A DNA stretch of 64,000 nt from Escherichia phage vB_EcoM_FT, in the sequence record MT682710.1; one strand, written 5' to 3'. Position 1 is the stretch's first letter, and every line of letters starts with the position of its first letter. The notes under the pieces were generated by a model, which had not been told where the DNA came from, searched no databases, and was given only the letters and a program-made list of their open reading frames with translations. Position numbers and translations under genes: made by a program. Of the stretch, positions 20,702 through 31,414 are shown piece by piece.

Positions 20702-21216
20702 TAACCTCGGTCTTGACGAGCGAAGTTTTCAGCATTTTTCAGATAATAAAGTTTAAAGATTTCTTCAGCCGACATTCCAAGAGCAATAAATTTATTCATG
20801 AAAAAGTGAAATTGATCAATCAGTTCAAATTTAATTTCAAGCTGATCTTCGGGAGATAAATCTTGAATTTTCTTGGATTGCATTTCAGAATAACGTTTCT
20901 TCCAAGGTTTCCATACAGCAGAAGCTTCTTTTTCACCATTACTCATACCACCAAGAGAAGTATATAGCTCGCGAGTTTCATCTGCGATATAATCGTCTTG
21001 GTTTCGCAACCAAGCAAGAACTTCTCCTGCAGTTTCAAGTGAATCAGGATGACGATTTGTTTCTGGCTTATCATTAGCCAAACGAATCTGTAAATGCCGC
21101 TGCATGTCAAGCATAACCTGCAATGGGTCAATACTGTGCATAATATACTCAGCATATGCACGATTTGCTTTATCAACACCTTCGATCAAATGAGCACATT
21201 CATTAAAGTGAGCCAT
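20698..21216 (-). CDS. 56: dCTP pyrophosphatase (gp56)
   Basis: ATG at 21216 (MAHFNECAHLIEGVDK) gives about 172 aa; recognised as T4 gp56. Confidence 0.85.
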   Translation of the reverse strand: MAHFNECAHLIEGVDKANRAYAEYIMHSIDPLQVMLDMQRHLQIRLANDKPETNRHPDSLETAGEVLAWLRNQDDYIADETRELYTSLGGMSNGEKEASAVWKPWKKRYSEMQSKKIQDLSPEDQLEIKFELIDQFHFFMNKFIALGMSAEEIFKLYYLKNAENFARQDRGY

Positions 21217-21276
21217 TATTTTTCCTTTCAATTCATTAATAAGTTAAATAATTATATCATTTGAGTATGTAAGCAA

Positions 21277-22616
<1,340 letters not shown>

Positions 22617-22641
22617 TATATCATCCTCAGCAATTTATTTT

Positions 22642-22671
22642 ATAATACCATAACAAGCTGAGAAAGTAAAC
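22642..22671 (-). promoter_or_regulatory. early promoter driving the 186-aa ORF and dam
   Basis: GTTTAC-N18-TATTAT on minus strand followed by GAGG RBS. Confidence 0.55.
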
Positions 22672-22706
22672 AAATTTGTGATAAATATTAATTTAAAGGA
22701 GGACAT

Positions 22707-22907
22707 ATGGTACAAAAATTAATGGCACTTGTTAATGCCATAAAAGGTAATAAAAAACGTATAGCTTTTACTATTTCTGCTATGGTAGGAATTTTACTCT
22801 GGAACTTTATTTTATCACCAATTGCAATTGCGCATGGTGTTAATATTCCAGTAGTTACTCTTGATACATTCGTAGATCTAGCATTTGCTTTAGTTGGGTT
22901 AATTTAA
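22707..22907 (+). CDS. small hydrophobic membrane protein (66 aa), plus strand
   Basis: AAGGAGG 4 nt before ATG; exactly fills the gap between gene 61 and the 186-aa ORF; two hydrophobic segments. Confidence 0.45.
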   Translation: MVQKLMALVNAIKGNKKRIAFTISAMVGILLWNFILSPIAIAHGVNIPVVTLDTFVDLAFALVGLI

Positions 22908-23932
22908 ATCTTGGCATATTTAGATAGCCGCATTTTAGCCATCAACCCCTGGGCAATATTATTTTTCATATATTCCATAATTTGTTCAGGGGTTGCACCT
23001 TCCTTTCTAATCATATCATTAACATCTTTTGATTTCCAGGGAGATTTATCCCAAAACATAACCCTTTCTCCTGCATCAACTAATTTAGTCATTCGTTTAA
23101 TAGTGTCAGGGTGACGAGGTTCATTATCTAAAACCCACACTCGTCTATCTTTAAATGGAACAACTTCTAGGTCTAATTGACCACCCGTAATAGCTATACC
23201 ATTTTCAATAAAAAGTGAATCTATAGGTCCTTCTAGAACATATACATCACCATCTTTAACTCGTTCGACTCCATAGATTTTTGTTGCTTCAGGATAAGCT
23301 TTGATAGTGATATATTTTTGGGGAGCATCTTTCTTTAATGCACGTCCTTGAAACGACTCAGCTTTTCCATTAGCATTATAAATTGGAATAACAAGACGAG
23401 GCTCAGAAATTTCCTTTTTATATGTTCCCGGTGCTATGCTATTAACCAATTTAGGCCATTCAGTTGTAAACCAAAGATATTTCCATTTATCCTTTGGAAT
23501 ACAACGAGCTTTTACATATTTTATAATTGGATGGTCTTCCGCCAATTTATCTAATCTGATGCATGACGGAAGAGATTTAATTATTTTCTTCTCAGGTTGT
23601 TTAGGAAGTTCTTTAGGTTTTTCTACTGGACGACTTTTACCTTTTTCTTTTCTTATTTCAAAGATATACTCACGATATAAATCAGGTTCAAACTCCTTTA
23701 AATATATTCCGATTGGTGCATGATAGTTACAGTTATAACAATGAATATTTCCTTCATTATTATCGCCATAATACCATCCACGGGCTTTATTTTGATCGGT
23801 TTTTGAATCTCCACAAACGGGACATCTAAACCGTAATTTAAAAGTTGAACTATTATTTACTTGTGCGAATTTAGGTAAATGAGCCAATGCACGGTATGCA
23901 AACTCATTATCAATCCAAGGTATTGATGACAT
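22904..23932 (-). CDS. 61: DNA primase (gp61)
   Basis: 342-aa ORF; zinc-ribbon CPVCGDS...CYNC; recognised as T4 gp61. Confidence 0.95.
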   Translation of the reverse strand: MSSIPWIDNEFAYRALAHLPKFAQVNNSSTFKLRFRCPVCGDSKTDQNKARGWYYGDNNEGNIHCYNCNYHAPIGIYLKEFEPDLYREYIFEIRKEKGKSRPVEKPKELPKQPEKKIIKSLPSCIRLDKLAEDHPIIKYVKARCIPKDKWKYLWFTTEWPKLVNSIAPGTYKKEISEPRLVIPIYNANGKAESFQGRALKKDAPQKYITIKAYPEATKIYGVERVKDGDVYVLEGPIDSLFIENGIAITGGQLDLEVVPFKDRRVWVLDNEPRHPDTIKRMTKLVDAGERVMFWDKSPWKSKDVNDMIRKEGATPEQIMEYMKNNIAQGLMAKMRLSKYAKI

Positions 23933-23934
23933 TT

Positions 23935-24099
23935 TTACTCTTCTTTTTCTTTAGATTCCTCTTTTTTCTTTTTAGGAATCTGTTCAGGACCTTTATTTAC
24001 TACAGCACCTGACGTTGTTCCAGTGGAGATATTTTCAGGATTACCACCTGAATCTCCAGCTACCATATCTTCTTTAATAAATTCTTTATATGTTTTCAT
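23935..24099 (-). CDS. hypothetical Lys/Glu-rich small protein (61.1 position)
   Basis: hand-translated 54-aa ORF MKTYKEFIKEDMVAGDSGG...; coordinates approximate. Confidence 0.4.
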   Translation of the reverse strand: MKTYKEFIKEDMVAGDSGGNPENISTGTTSGAVVNKGPEQIPKKKKEESKEKEE

Positions 24100-24100
24100 A

Positions 24101-24727
24101 TTAACCTCTATTCATAAAAGCATTAAAAATTTGGTCATCAATAGAAACATCTACTTTAGACTGTTTTTCTGATGGTAATTCATATCCACATATTACAATT
24201 TTGTGATCAATATCAAAATACACAGAAGCAATATGATTAATGATGTTTTCAGTAAAGTCTAAATCAACATCAATATCTTTTTGACCACAGCCCAAAGGAT
24301 AAATAATGCGAGTAATTCGATTATCTTTAACAAAGATTCCACCGACATACTCTGTGCTGCGTTTAAAGTCTACACGCCAACGAAATGAAAAATATTCAGG
24401 CTCTTTATGAGCTCTGCTCATAGGACACAACGAGTAACTAGAATAAGAGATGTCAAATCCTACGCCTTCAATATGAGCCAAAGTATCATGATTAAACCAA
24501 TTATAATCGTACGCCAAATCCATTAGATTATAATATGTAAAAGGCACCGGATTAACGTCATTAATCACAAGCATGTAATTAGCAACTGCTATAATTTCAT
24601 TGTTTTTAACGAATACAAACCGTGATTGATGCGAATGACCTGGACCCGCGTTTTCACGATTAATGATATAACACTGGGCACCTTTATATTTGTATGTATC
24701 TTTGCACTTGTGCATTTGATAGAGCAT
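24101..24727 (-). CDS. hypothetical protein at 61.2 position (possible AdfA-like anti-DarT factor)
   Basis: 208-aa ORF; positional equivalence to T4 61.2 only. Confidence 0.5.
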   Translation of the reverse strand: MLYQMHKCKDTYKYKGAQCYIINRENAGPGHSHQSRFVFVKNNEIIAVANYMLVINDVNPVPFTYYNLMDLAYDYNWFNHDTLAHIEGVGFDISYSSYSLCPMSRAHKEPEYFSFRWRVDFKRSTEYVGGIFVKDNRITRIIYPLGCGQKDIDVDLDFTENIINHIASVYFDIDHKIVICGYELPSEKQSKVDVSIDDQIFNAFMNRG

Positions 24728-25020
24728 TATTCACCTACCACTTCAGCGATGATATTTTTATTATTAAAGTTTTTATCGCAATACAGAACATAATTATACT
24801 GCATTACACCACCAGACTTAAGCTGTTTTTGCACTTCAGCTTTCATTTCGGGGCGATCGCGCTCAACGATATTCATAATATCTGCTTCAATTTGAGTTTC
24901 AACTTCAGTCTGATCAGCAGTCATAGACCATTCGCACAAATCTTTATCATAACCTGCCATAGCAGGCTGAGCAGCACAAGAAGCTAAAGCAAAAATTGTA
25001 GCAAAGATAAATTTTTTCAT
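24727..25020 (-). CDS. sp: Spackle (periplasmic superinfection-exclusion protein)
   Basis: ATG at 25020 gives 97 aa with signal peptide MKKFIFATIFALASCAAQPAMA and GAGGAG RBS. Confidence 0.8.
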   Translation of the reverse strand: MKKFIFATIFALASCAAQPAMAGYDKDLCEWSMTADQTEVETQIEADIMNIVERDRPEMKAEVQKQLKSGGVMQYNYVLYCDKNFNNKNIIAEVVGE

Positions 25021-25081
25021 GATTAATCTCCTCAGTAGTTTATGTTTATATAGTATCTCAATTTCCAATAAAAGTAAACAG

Positions 25082-25381
25082 TTATTTTAAAACTTTTGCA
25101 TAATCACATGTTACAAACTGTTTCTCTAGCTTAACGATCTTACGAAAATACCTTTTACACTGACGAATCTGTCGCTTCGTAGGACGTACAGCAAACTTAA
25201 TAAATTCCACTCGACCAAATGGAGGACTTTCTTCTGCTGGAATATCTAGCACCAATTCCCACGTATCTGCAATAAGTGCTTTGAATTGCGTATTTTTCCT
25301 GACGTTATACGGAGTAGGTTTAAATAAAACAATATGCATATTATCCTCGGCAATCCACTTCACACACTTTCTTGTCATCAA
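25082..25381 (-). CDS. hypothetical basic protein (61.4 position; possible TifA-like)
   Basis: 99-aa ORF between sp and dmd. Confidence 0.45.
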   Translation of the reverse strand: MMTRKCVKWIAEDNMHIVLFKPTPYNVRKNTQFKALIADTWELVLDIPAEESPPFGRVEFIKFAVRPTKRQIRQCKRYFRKIVKLEKQFVTCDYAKVLK

Positions 25382-25523
25382 TGAAAGCTTTAACTAATGC
25401 TTTATTAACTTCAGCATATTGAGTAGTAGCCCATTGAACGTCATCTTTCATCATTGTGGTTTCTTTAGTAAACATGCTTTCATTCTTAAACCACCCCATA
25501 AAAACTACCTTTACCAATTCCAT
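25341..25523 (-). CDS. dmd: Dmd antitoxin (inhibitor of RnlA/LsoA)
   Basis: 60-aa ORF immediately downstream of gene 41, as in T4. Confidence 0.75.
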   Translation of the reverse strand: MELVKVVFMGWFKNESMFTKETTMMKDDVQWATTQYAEVNKALVKAFIDDKKVCEVDCRG

Positions 25524-25552
25524 AACAATCTCCTCATTTAACCAACAAGACT

Positions 25553-25582
25553 ACTATACCATAGTCTTGTCAGCTTGTAAAC
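25553..25582 (-). promoter_or_regulatory. early promoter upstream of dmd (GTTTAC-N18-TATAGT)
   Basis: -35 abuts gene 41 stop. Confidence 0.5.
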
Positions 25583-27009
25583 TAAAATTTTAATTCATTT
25601 GCCAAAGCATCTAACTGAGCTCGAGTCGATTCGTTTCTTTGATAGCGATTCTGCTCAGCCTGAATCTGCTGTGAACCTGCTACTTCGTTCACTTCAGTTG
25701 GAGTAGAATCTTGTTCAATTTCTACCCATTTCTGATTTCCTTTTTGAACACCCATCAAAAACTTATTCCATTTATTCTTATCACCATATCGTGATTTGAT
25801 TTGCTTAATGAGTTGTTGTTCAGCAGCTGCTAACTCCTCGGTTTCAATGACCGCAAGCATAAAATCAGCTGTTGCTGGAAGACCAGCAGATTCTGCAATA
25901 TCGCTCATGTTAACATCAGAAGAATCCCAAGCCTGTTTACCAACCTGTGCTGCAGTCCAAAGAACAGTTTCAGTTTCAACAGCCAGAGCACGCAATTCTT
26001 CTGCGATGGCTTTAACAGTTGTGTAACTATTTTCTGAATAAACTCTAATGCGGCAAGATTTACAAATACCTAGATAGTCAACAATAATGATTGTTGGAAC
26101 AAAATTCTTCTTGAGCTTTAATTCATTTAAAAGCGACCGAAATGTATTAGCATCTGCTCCACCAGTAGGATACTGTTTAACGATTAAACGACCGAGAGTA
26201 GATTTCTCACGCCATTTTTCCATTTTTCCTTTATACTCAGCGTAAGAAATATGCCCATCATCAATGTCATCAAGAGAAACATCAAGCATATTAGCATCAA
26301 TACGCTTAGCACAGACTTCTTCTGCCATTTCCATGGAAATGTAAAGAACATTATGTCCGAGCTGCAAATAATCTGCTGCCAATGAACACAGACCTAATGA
26401 CTTACCAACGTTAACGCCAGCCATTAAAACGTTCAGTGTTCCAGTTTCAGCTCCGCCTTTCGTAATTTTGTTTAGAATTCTGAGTTTAAACGGAACTTTA
26501 CGAGCTTTATTCATATAAGATAGCCAGCGTGCTTCGTAGTCATCCATCCAATCATGACCAACGTAACTATCAAATGAAATTGATAATGCTTGGCGCATGA
26601 TGTCAGGAATAGCACCTACATCTGGCATTTTCTTATTTCGTTTTTCCGGAGGAAGCTCAGCATTAGTTTGAATTTCGATTATTTTAGACGTAGCATTAAA
26701 CATCGCCCTTTGCTGAACATATTTTTCTGTTTCTTTTATTAACCAACTGTGGTCTTCCGGAGAATCAGCCAGTTTTGAAATAAGTGTTTTTACACCAGAA
26801 TATTCTGTTTCAGTAAATGAACTATTTTCTAATGCAACATTTAACGCATTAATAGATGGAACGCTATGATACTCATTGACATGAGATTTAATTAATTTGA
26901 ATGTATTTTTAGCTGGACCACTTTCAAAATATTCTGAATCCATATATGGCCAAACTTTTGAAAAATAAGCTTGATCAAATATAAGATGAGAAAGAATAAT
27001 TTCTACCAC
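25582..27009 (-). CDS. 41: replicative DNA helicase (gp41), DnaB-like
   Basis: 475-aa ORF; Walker A GVNVGKS; recognised as T4 gp41. Confidence 0.95.
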   Translation of the reverse strand: MVEIILSHLIFDQAYFSKVWPYMDSEYFESGPAKNTFKLIKSHVNEYHSVPSINALNVALENSSFTETEYSGVKTLISKLADSPEDHSWLIKETEKYVQQRAMFNATSKIIEIQTNAELPPEKRNKKMPDVGAIPDIMRQALSISFDSYVGHDWMDDYEARWLSYMNKARKVPFKLRILNKITKGGAETGTLNVLMAGVNVGKSLGLCSLAADYLQLGHNVLYISMEMAEEVCAKRIDANMLDVSLDDIDDGHISYAEYKGKMEKWREKSTLGRLIVKQYPTGGADANTFRSLLNELKLKKNFVPTIIIVDYLGICKSCRIRVYSENSYTTVKAIAEELRALAVETETVLWTAAQVGKQAWDSSDVNMSDIAESAGLPATADFMLAVIETEELAAAEQQLIKQIKSRYGDKNKWNKFLMGVQKGNQKWVEIEQDSTPTEVNEVAGSQQIQAEQNRYQRNESTRAQLDALANELKF

Positions 27010-27018
27010 ACTTACTCC

Positions 27019-27381
27019 TTAAAAGAATTTAAACTTTTTCTTTGACCTTTTATTAAATGCATCTTGCAGTTGCATTGTAATACATTTTTCTACATGAGGA
27101 GCTAACTCAGCTTTTCTTTCTTGGTCAAGAACAGCAAAGTCCATTACAACCTTTCCATCAACCCAATCTAATTTTGTCACATACACAATGTGTGTAGAAC
27201 CATCTTCTAGTTTAATGACAATCTCCTGGATAACATTTTCCATGGCAGATTTAATTATCTTAAGAGATTCATTAAAAAGACGTTCTTTTCTTTCTTCTTC
27301 CCCCTCCGAAGAGGGGGATTCATCGATAATTTCTAGATCTAAGTCTAAATCATCTTTATTCATTAAATTCTTCCATATCAC
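27019..27381 (-). CDS. 40: head vertex assembly chaperone (gp40)
   Basis: 120-aa acidic ORF between uvsX and 41. Confidence 0.65.
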   Translation of the reverse strand: MIWKNLMNKDDLDLDLEIIDESPSSEGEEERKERLFNESLKIIKSAMENVIQEIVIKLEDGSTHIVYVTKLDWVDGKVVMDFAVLDQERKAELAPHVEKCITMQLQDAFNKRSKKKFKFF

Positions 27382-28537
27382 TTAACTGCTCGAGGTCAGT
27401 TTCTAAATCAGCAGCTGATTTACTTTTACTTTCTAGAGATTTAAATTTTTCAACCTTTGAGTTAATCAATTCATCAACTTCAGCTTCAACAATTTCATTA
27501 CTATCAATAGCACCTAACTGATAAGCACGTTTAATAGCATCTCGGAATGGTTGATGCTTAAATAAAGGACCCCAGAATGTAGTGCAGTTGGTATCTTTTG
27601 CACGCCAAGATTTTTCTTCGCGAATCATCTCGCCGGTTTCTTCATCAAGAAATTCACGAGCATACCAGCCATTTTTAGGTTTTACCACGAATCCTAATTC
27701 TAGAGCCATATCTAACAATCCAGAATAAGGATCGATACCACCGTCAAATTTAACATCAATAAAGAATTTACTTTTTTCTTTAACGGTACGAGATTTTTCT
27801 ACATTTAGAACAAATTGATACCCCTGAAGATCAGAACCATCTTTAATCTGGCGCTTACCGATAATGAATACAGTATCAGCCGAATACATTACGCCTGTAC
27901 CACCTGTCATCACGGTTTTACTAAACATTTCAATTGTTTCAATTGTGTGGTTAACCGCAACACATGGAATGTTTTTAATACTAAAATAAGGAGTAACAAT
28001 ACGGAATAATGACTTCAGTGATTTAGCACGAGTCATATCTGCCACAGATTTTTCATTCAAGGCATCTTCCGTTTCTTTCTTAGAAGCCATATTACCGATT
28101 GAGTCGATGAATACAATAACTTTTTCACCGCGCTCAATAGCTTCAAGCTGATTCACCATATCAATTTTCAGCTGTTCAACTGACTGGATTGGTGTATGAA
28201 TTACACGTTCCGGATCAACTCCCATGGATCGCAAATAAGCTGGAGTAATACCAAATTCGCTATCATAGAATAAACAAACCGCATCAGGATATTTGTTCAA
28301 ATACGCCGCAACCATAGTCAAAGACATATTTGATTTAAAGTGTTTAGAAGGACCTGCAAAAATGGTTAAACCAGACTGCATTCCACCATCAATCGCACCA
28401 GAAATAGCGATATTGAGCATTGGGATTTTTGTACGGATTACATCCTTTTCATTAAAGAATTTAGATGTAGTCAGCTCAGCAGTCATTTTAGAAGTGGAAG
28501 CTTTAATCAAACGGGATTTTAAATCTGCAATAGACAT
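27356..28537 (-). CDS. uvsX: UvsX recombinase (RecA-like)
   Basis: 393-aa ORF; Walker A GPSKHFKS; recognised as T-even UvsX. Confidence 0.95.
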   Translation of the reverse strand: MSIADLKSRLIKASTSKMTAELTTSKFFNEKDVIRTKIPMLNIAISGAIDGGMQSGLTIFAGPSKHFKSNMSLTMVAAYLNKYPDAVCLFYDSEFGITPAYLRSMGVDPERVIHTPIQSVEQLKIDMVNQLEAIERGEKVIVFIDSIGNMASKKETEDALNEKSVADMTRAKSLKSLFRIVTPYFSIKNIPCVAVNHTIETIEMFSKTVMTGGTGVMYSADTVFIIGKRQIKDGSDLQGYQFVLNVEKSRTVKEKSKFFIDVKFDGGIDPYSGLLDMALELGFVVKPKNGWYAREFLDEETGEMIREEKSWRAKDTNCTTFWGPLFKHQPFRDAIKRAYQLGAIDSNEIVEAEVDELINSKVEKFKSLESKSKSAADLETDLEQLSDMEEFNE

Positions 28538-28614
28538 TCATTTTTTCCATAGGCATCATTATATTTTCCTCACTGGTTAAAGATAGAGTAATTATAACAC
28601 AATAAATTTAGGCA

Positions 28615-29463
28615 TTAATCAACTGCTATTGGATGAATAGCATTAAACTTATGAAATGCTTCTGATTTTTCTTTACGCGAAACACACATGCGAAGAACCT
28701 TTAATGGCTCATCTTCTTCACCCAACGATTTTCGTTTTTCAATATTAGAAGTTTTCCAACGAGCTTGCTCTGGAAACTCTCTATTGATTTGTTCAAGCGC
28801 TCTATTATGTTTAGAATTACTACGAATTGAACTACACCCACCGGGAGCGTGTGATTTTCCAGATACAACTAGATATTTGAACAAGGCCAAATGCGGATAA
28901 CCTTGATTAATTAAATTGAGAAATGCATACATATCTTCACATAAATCAATTTTTCCATACCCAATTTGTTCTGTCGTAAGTTTTCCGAGGTCATACCATG
29001 TATTCGTGAATCCATATGAGTTTTCACGATAATTACCCCAAGATGAAGTAATTTTAAAAATTGGTAGACGAGCATGACCGTGATAATACCCGCAATCCAT
29101 AGCATCTTCAACGTATTGAATCAATTCGTAGAATTGTTCACGGGTTAATTGATTAATTTTATCTACGCGCCGTTTATCGTCTCTCTTTCGTATTGAACTC
29201 ATACGAATAGTAGTATCATCATCAATCATCCAGATTCGTTGACCTGCATACATATCAGTAATTGCTTTACGAGTACCTGCAATTCCATTAACATCATCAG
29301 GAATAGTTACAATTTTAGCTCTAGACCCATAAGCATCATAATAAGCTTTTTCTTCGTGTTCACGCACTACAATATGTGGTTCATAATCAGTCGGAAACAT
29401 ATCAAGGGCAGAAACTGCCCCTACACGTTGATAGCTTGGAATTACGAATTGAATCATTTCCAC
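28615..29463 (-). CDS. GT-A fold glycosyltransferase at the beta-gt locus (candidate beta-glucosyl-HMC-alpha-glucosyltransferase)
   Basis: 282-aa ORF with DxD motif (WMIDDDT); occupies T4 beta-gt position but does not resemble the T4 beta-gt sequence as I recall it. Confidence 0.6.
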   Translation of the reverse strand: MEMIQFVIPSYQRVGAVSALDMFPTDYEPHIVVREHEEKAYYDAYGSRAKIVTIPDDVNGIAGTRKAITDMYAGQRIWMIDDDTTIRMSSIRKRDDKRRVDKINQLTREQFYELIQYVEDAMDCGYYHGHARLPIFKITSSWGNYRENSYGFTNTWYDLGKLTTEQIGYGKIDLCEDMYAFLNLINQGYPHLALFKYLVVSGKSHAPGGCSSIRSNSKHNRALEQINREFPEQARWKTSNIEKRKSLGEEDEPLKVLRMCVSRKEKSEAFHKFNAIHPIAVD

Positions 29464-30194
29464 TCACCGTTATAATCTTTTTTCACAATATGAGTTTCGC
29501 CAGTATTCCACCAATGATCAACCAAGTAAAAATGACGAGAATATACATGAAGACTTCCAACATTCCATATAATAGAACCTGCTTTATACTGACGAGTTGA
29601 ATCGCCTGCATTCAAATCAGATACTAATTTATCTAATACGTATTTTTGCCATGCATAATCATTACGGAATCCGAAGACCACGTCATTTGAGCGCATGCTT
29701 ACTACTGCATTGACTTTCTTATCACGAATCAGGTACTGTACTGTATTCGTACACATGAAATCTGACATACCATCTTTATTGTAGTCAAATTGCATGGATG
29801 GACGAGTATAAATCATGATACCACGTCGAGAATCAGGATTTTGACCAAGTTCAGCTAAACACATATCATACTGAGCATAGTTATCTTCTGACCAGATAGC
29901 CCAACCATAATTCGAGTTAATTTCGCCTTTAGAAGATGCTACCTGCTGCCAAATCTTCGGTGTTTCACCTGGAATATCTTTAACAAACAAGCTCTTAGAT
30001 TTATACCATTCAAGTTCACGCTGAATGTATTCATCATTAAGAGCGCCAAAAATAAACGGTTCATCTGCTACAAATGATGCGCCAATAATTTCAATAGTTT
30101 TAACACCAGTTTTATCAATTACGAAATCTTTTTCCTTTAATGCAAGACCCAAATCAAGACGGATTTCTTCAACTGTCATAGAGTCACTAATCAT
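29454..30194 (-). CDS. 42: dCMP hydroxymethylase (gp42)
   Basis: 246-aa ORF; thymidylate-synthase-like; T4 gp42 length. Confidence 0.9.
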   Translation of the reverse strand: MISDSMTVEEIRLDLGLALKEKDFVIDKTGVKTIEIIGASFVADEPFIFGALNDEYIQRELEWYKSKSLFVKDIPGETPKIWQQVASSKGEINSNYGWAIWSEDNYAQYDMCLAELGQNPDSRRGIMIYTRPSMQFDYNKDGMSDFMCTNTVQYLIRDKKVNAVVSMRSNDVVFGFRNDYAWQKYVLDKLVSDLNAGDSTRQYKAGSIIWNVGSLHVYSRHFYLVDHWWNTGETHIVKKDYNGEWK

Positions 30195-30347
30195 TTAAAC
30201 CTCAATTGATACATTCATATTTAACTTGTAACAGTAATAAACCCCAACCTAAAATAATAGTTGGAATCATAAGAGGAACCGTTACACTATAGTATATACT
30301 TATTATAATCATCAAGATTAAAAGCAATGCTGTTATAATTTTGCTTT

Positions 30348-30599
30348 TCATTCCTTCTCTCTGATGATAATTACCTGATTTGGCTGTGCAGACTTTTTAG
30401 TTTCACCCGCAATTGACCAAATAAATGTAATAAACCAACCAATAATTGACCAGTTAAACAGTAAAGATGTGAAAAAGATTCCTACTGTCGATTTTGACCC
30501 ACGCATCAAGGCGATAAACCATGGAAGCATGTATATAATAATAGCCAACACACCTGAAACTAAAACCATAAAAATTGAACCTGCTACTAAAGTTTCCAT
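30348..30599 (-). CDS. imm: immunity protein Imm (superinfection exclusion)
   Basis: 83-aa two-TM ORF at T4 imm position. Confidence 0.8.
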   Translation of the reverse strand: METLVAGSIFMVLVSGVLAIIIYMLPWFIALMRGSKSTVGIFFTSLLFNWSIIGWFITFIWSIAGETKKSAQPNQVIIIREKE

Positions 30600-30606
30600 G
30601 TTTTCC

Positions 30607-30987
30607 TCACTTAGTCAAATTTTTTACACATGAATTATAAGAATTCACTACATACTCCATCGGAGCATTTTTACCAGTACGCCATTGGTAATTATTAGCC
30701 CAATTAGCCCAAAGCTCGGCGCAGTAGTTTTCAATTTTTTCTTCGCGTGTAATTACATCCGAATTACGATATGCTTGAGCAGATTCATCTGGACGAATAG
30801 CTTCGTCAAAATTCGCCTGCATTTGTTCGACTGTTTGCTTTGGAGCTTCTTTATAACACTTGACATTAGGATTATAAAATTTGCTTGAACAGTTTACAAT
30901 TTTTCCTACATCAGACTGATTTACTACCGGTCCTTGAGCTACACAACCAGTAAGACCTAATGCAATAACCAAAATAGCGATTTTCAT
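30607..30987 (-). CDS. putative lipoprotein (imm.1 position)
   Basis: 126-aa ORF with lipobox LTGC. Confidence 0.5.
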   Translation of the reverse strand: MKIAILVIALGLTGCVAQGPVVNQSDVGKIVNCSSKFYNPNVKCYKEAPKQTVEQMQANFDEAIRPDESAQAYRNSDVITREEKIENYCAELWANWANNYQWRTGKNAPMEYVVNSYNSCVKNLTK

Positions 30988-30997
30988 AATAATTTCC

Positions 30998-31234
30998 TCA
31001 AATGCAAGTAGTAATTACTCCAGTAGTGCTTATGCAGGTATTACCCATTTGCACACCTAAAGATCCATTTGTATTCACATGAAGATTATCATCAATTTTT
31101 GTTGATATTTTACCATTAGTGTGAATAACGGTGCTAGATTCAATCACAGGTTGAGTATCATTTTCAACACTAACAAATGGAACTGCTGCTAATGCAACTA
31201 AACAAACTGCTAAGCATCCCATAACAATTTTCAT
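30998..31234 (-). CDS. small secreted protein
   Basis: ATG at 31234 (MKIVMGCLAV) with GGAG RBS and early promoter upstream; N-terminal signal-like segment. Confidence 0.5.
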   Translation of the reverse strand: MKIVMGCLAVCLVALAAVPFVSVENDTQPVIESSTVIHTNGKISTKIDDNLHVNTNGSLGVQMGNTCISTTGVITTCI

Positions 31235-31269
31235 TTTATTCTCCAAATCCGTATTAGTTGATAGTTGTA

Positions 31270-31299
31270 TAGTACCATGGAAGAACAGTCTTGTAAACA
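31270..31299 (-). promoter_or_regulatory. early promoter (GTTTAC-N18-TACTAT), repeat-family copy
   Basis: shares about 50-bp core with copies at 3451, 55961, 58141. Confidence 0.55.
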
Positions 31300-31385
31300 G
31301 TTTTGTGAAAATTTTTTAGGGAATTCTAAAGGTCCAGAATCATCTGTTTTTCATAAGTATAGATTTATATTACTTGTATGAAAAA

Positions 31386-31401
31386 GGGACCCGGAGGTCC
31401 C
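31386..31401 (-). terminator. GC stem-loop downstream of gene 43
   Basis: gggacccggaggtccc. Confidence 0.5.
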
Positions 31402-31414
31402 TAGATTTATTCTA

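Noticed and set aside
20943-21179. 78-aa minus-strand ORF inside gene 56
   Set aside because: Alternate frame fully embedded in the dCTPase gene; low-complexity product, no independent start signals.
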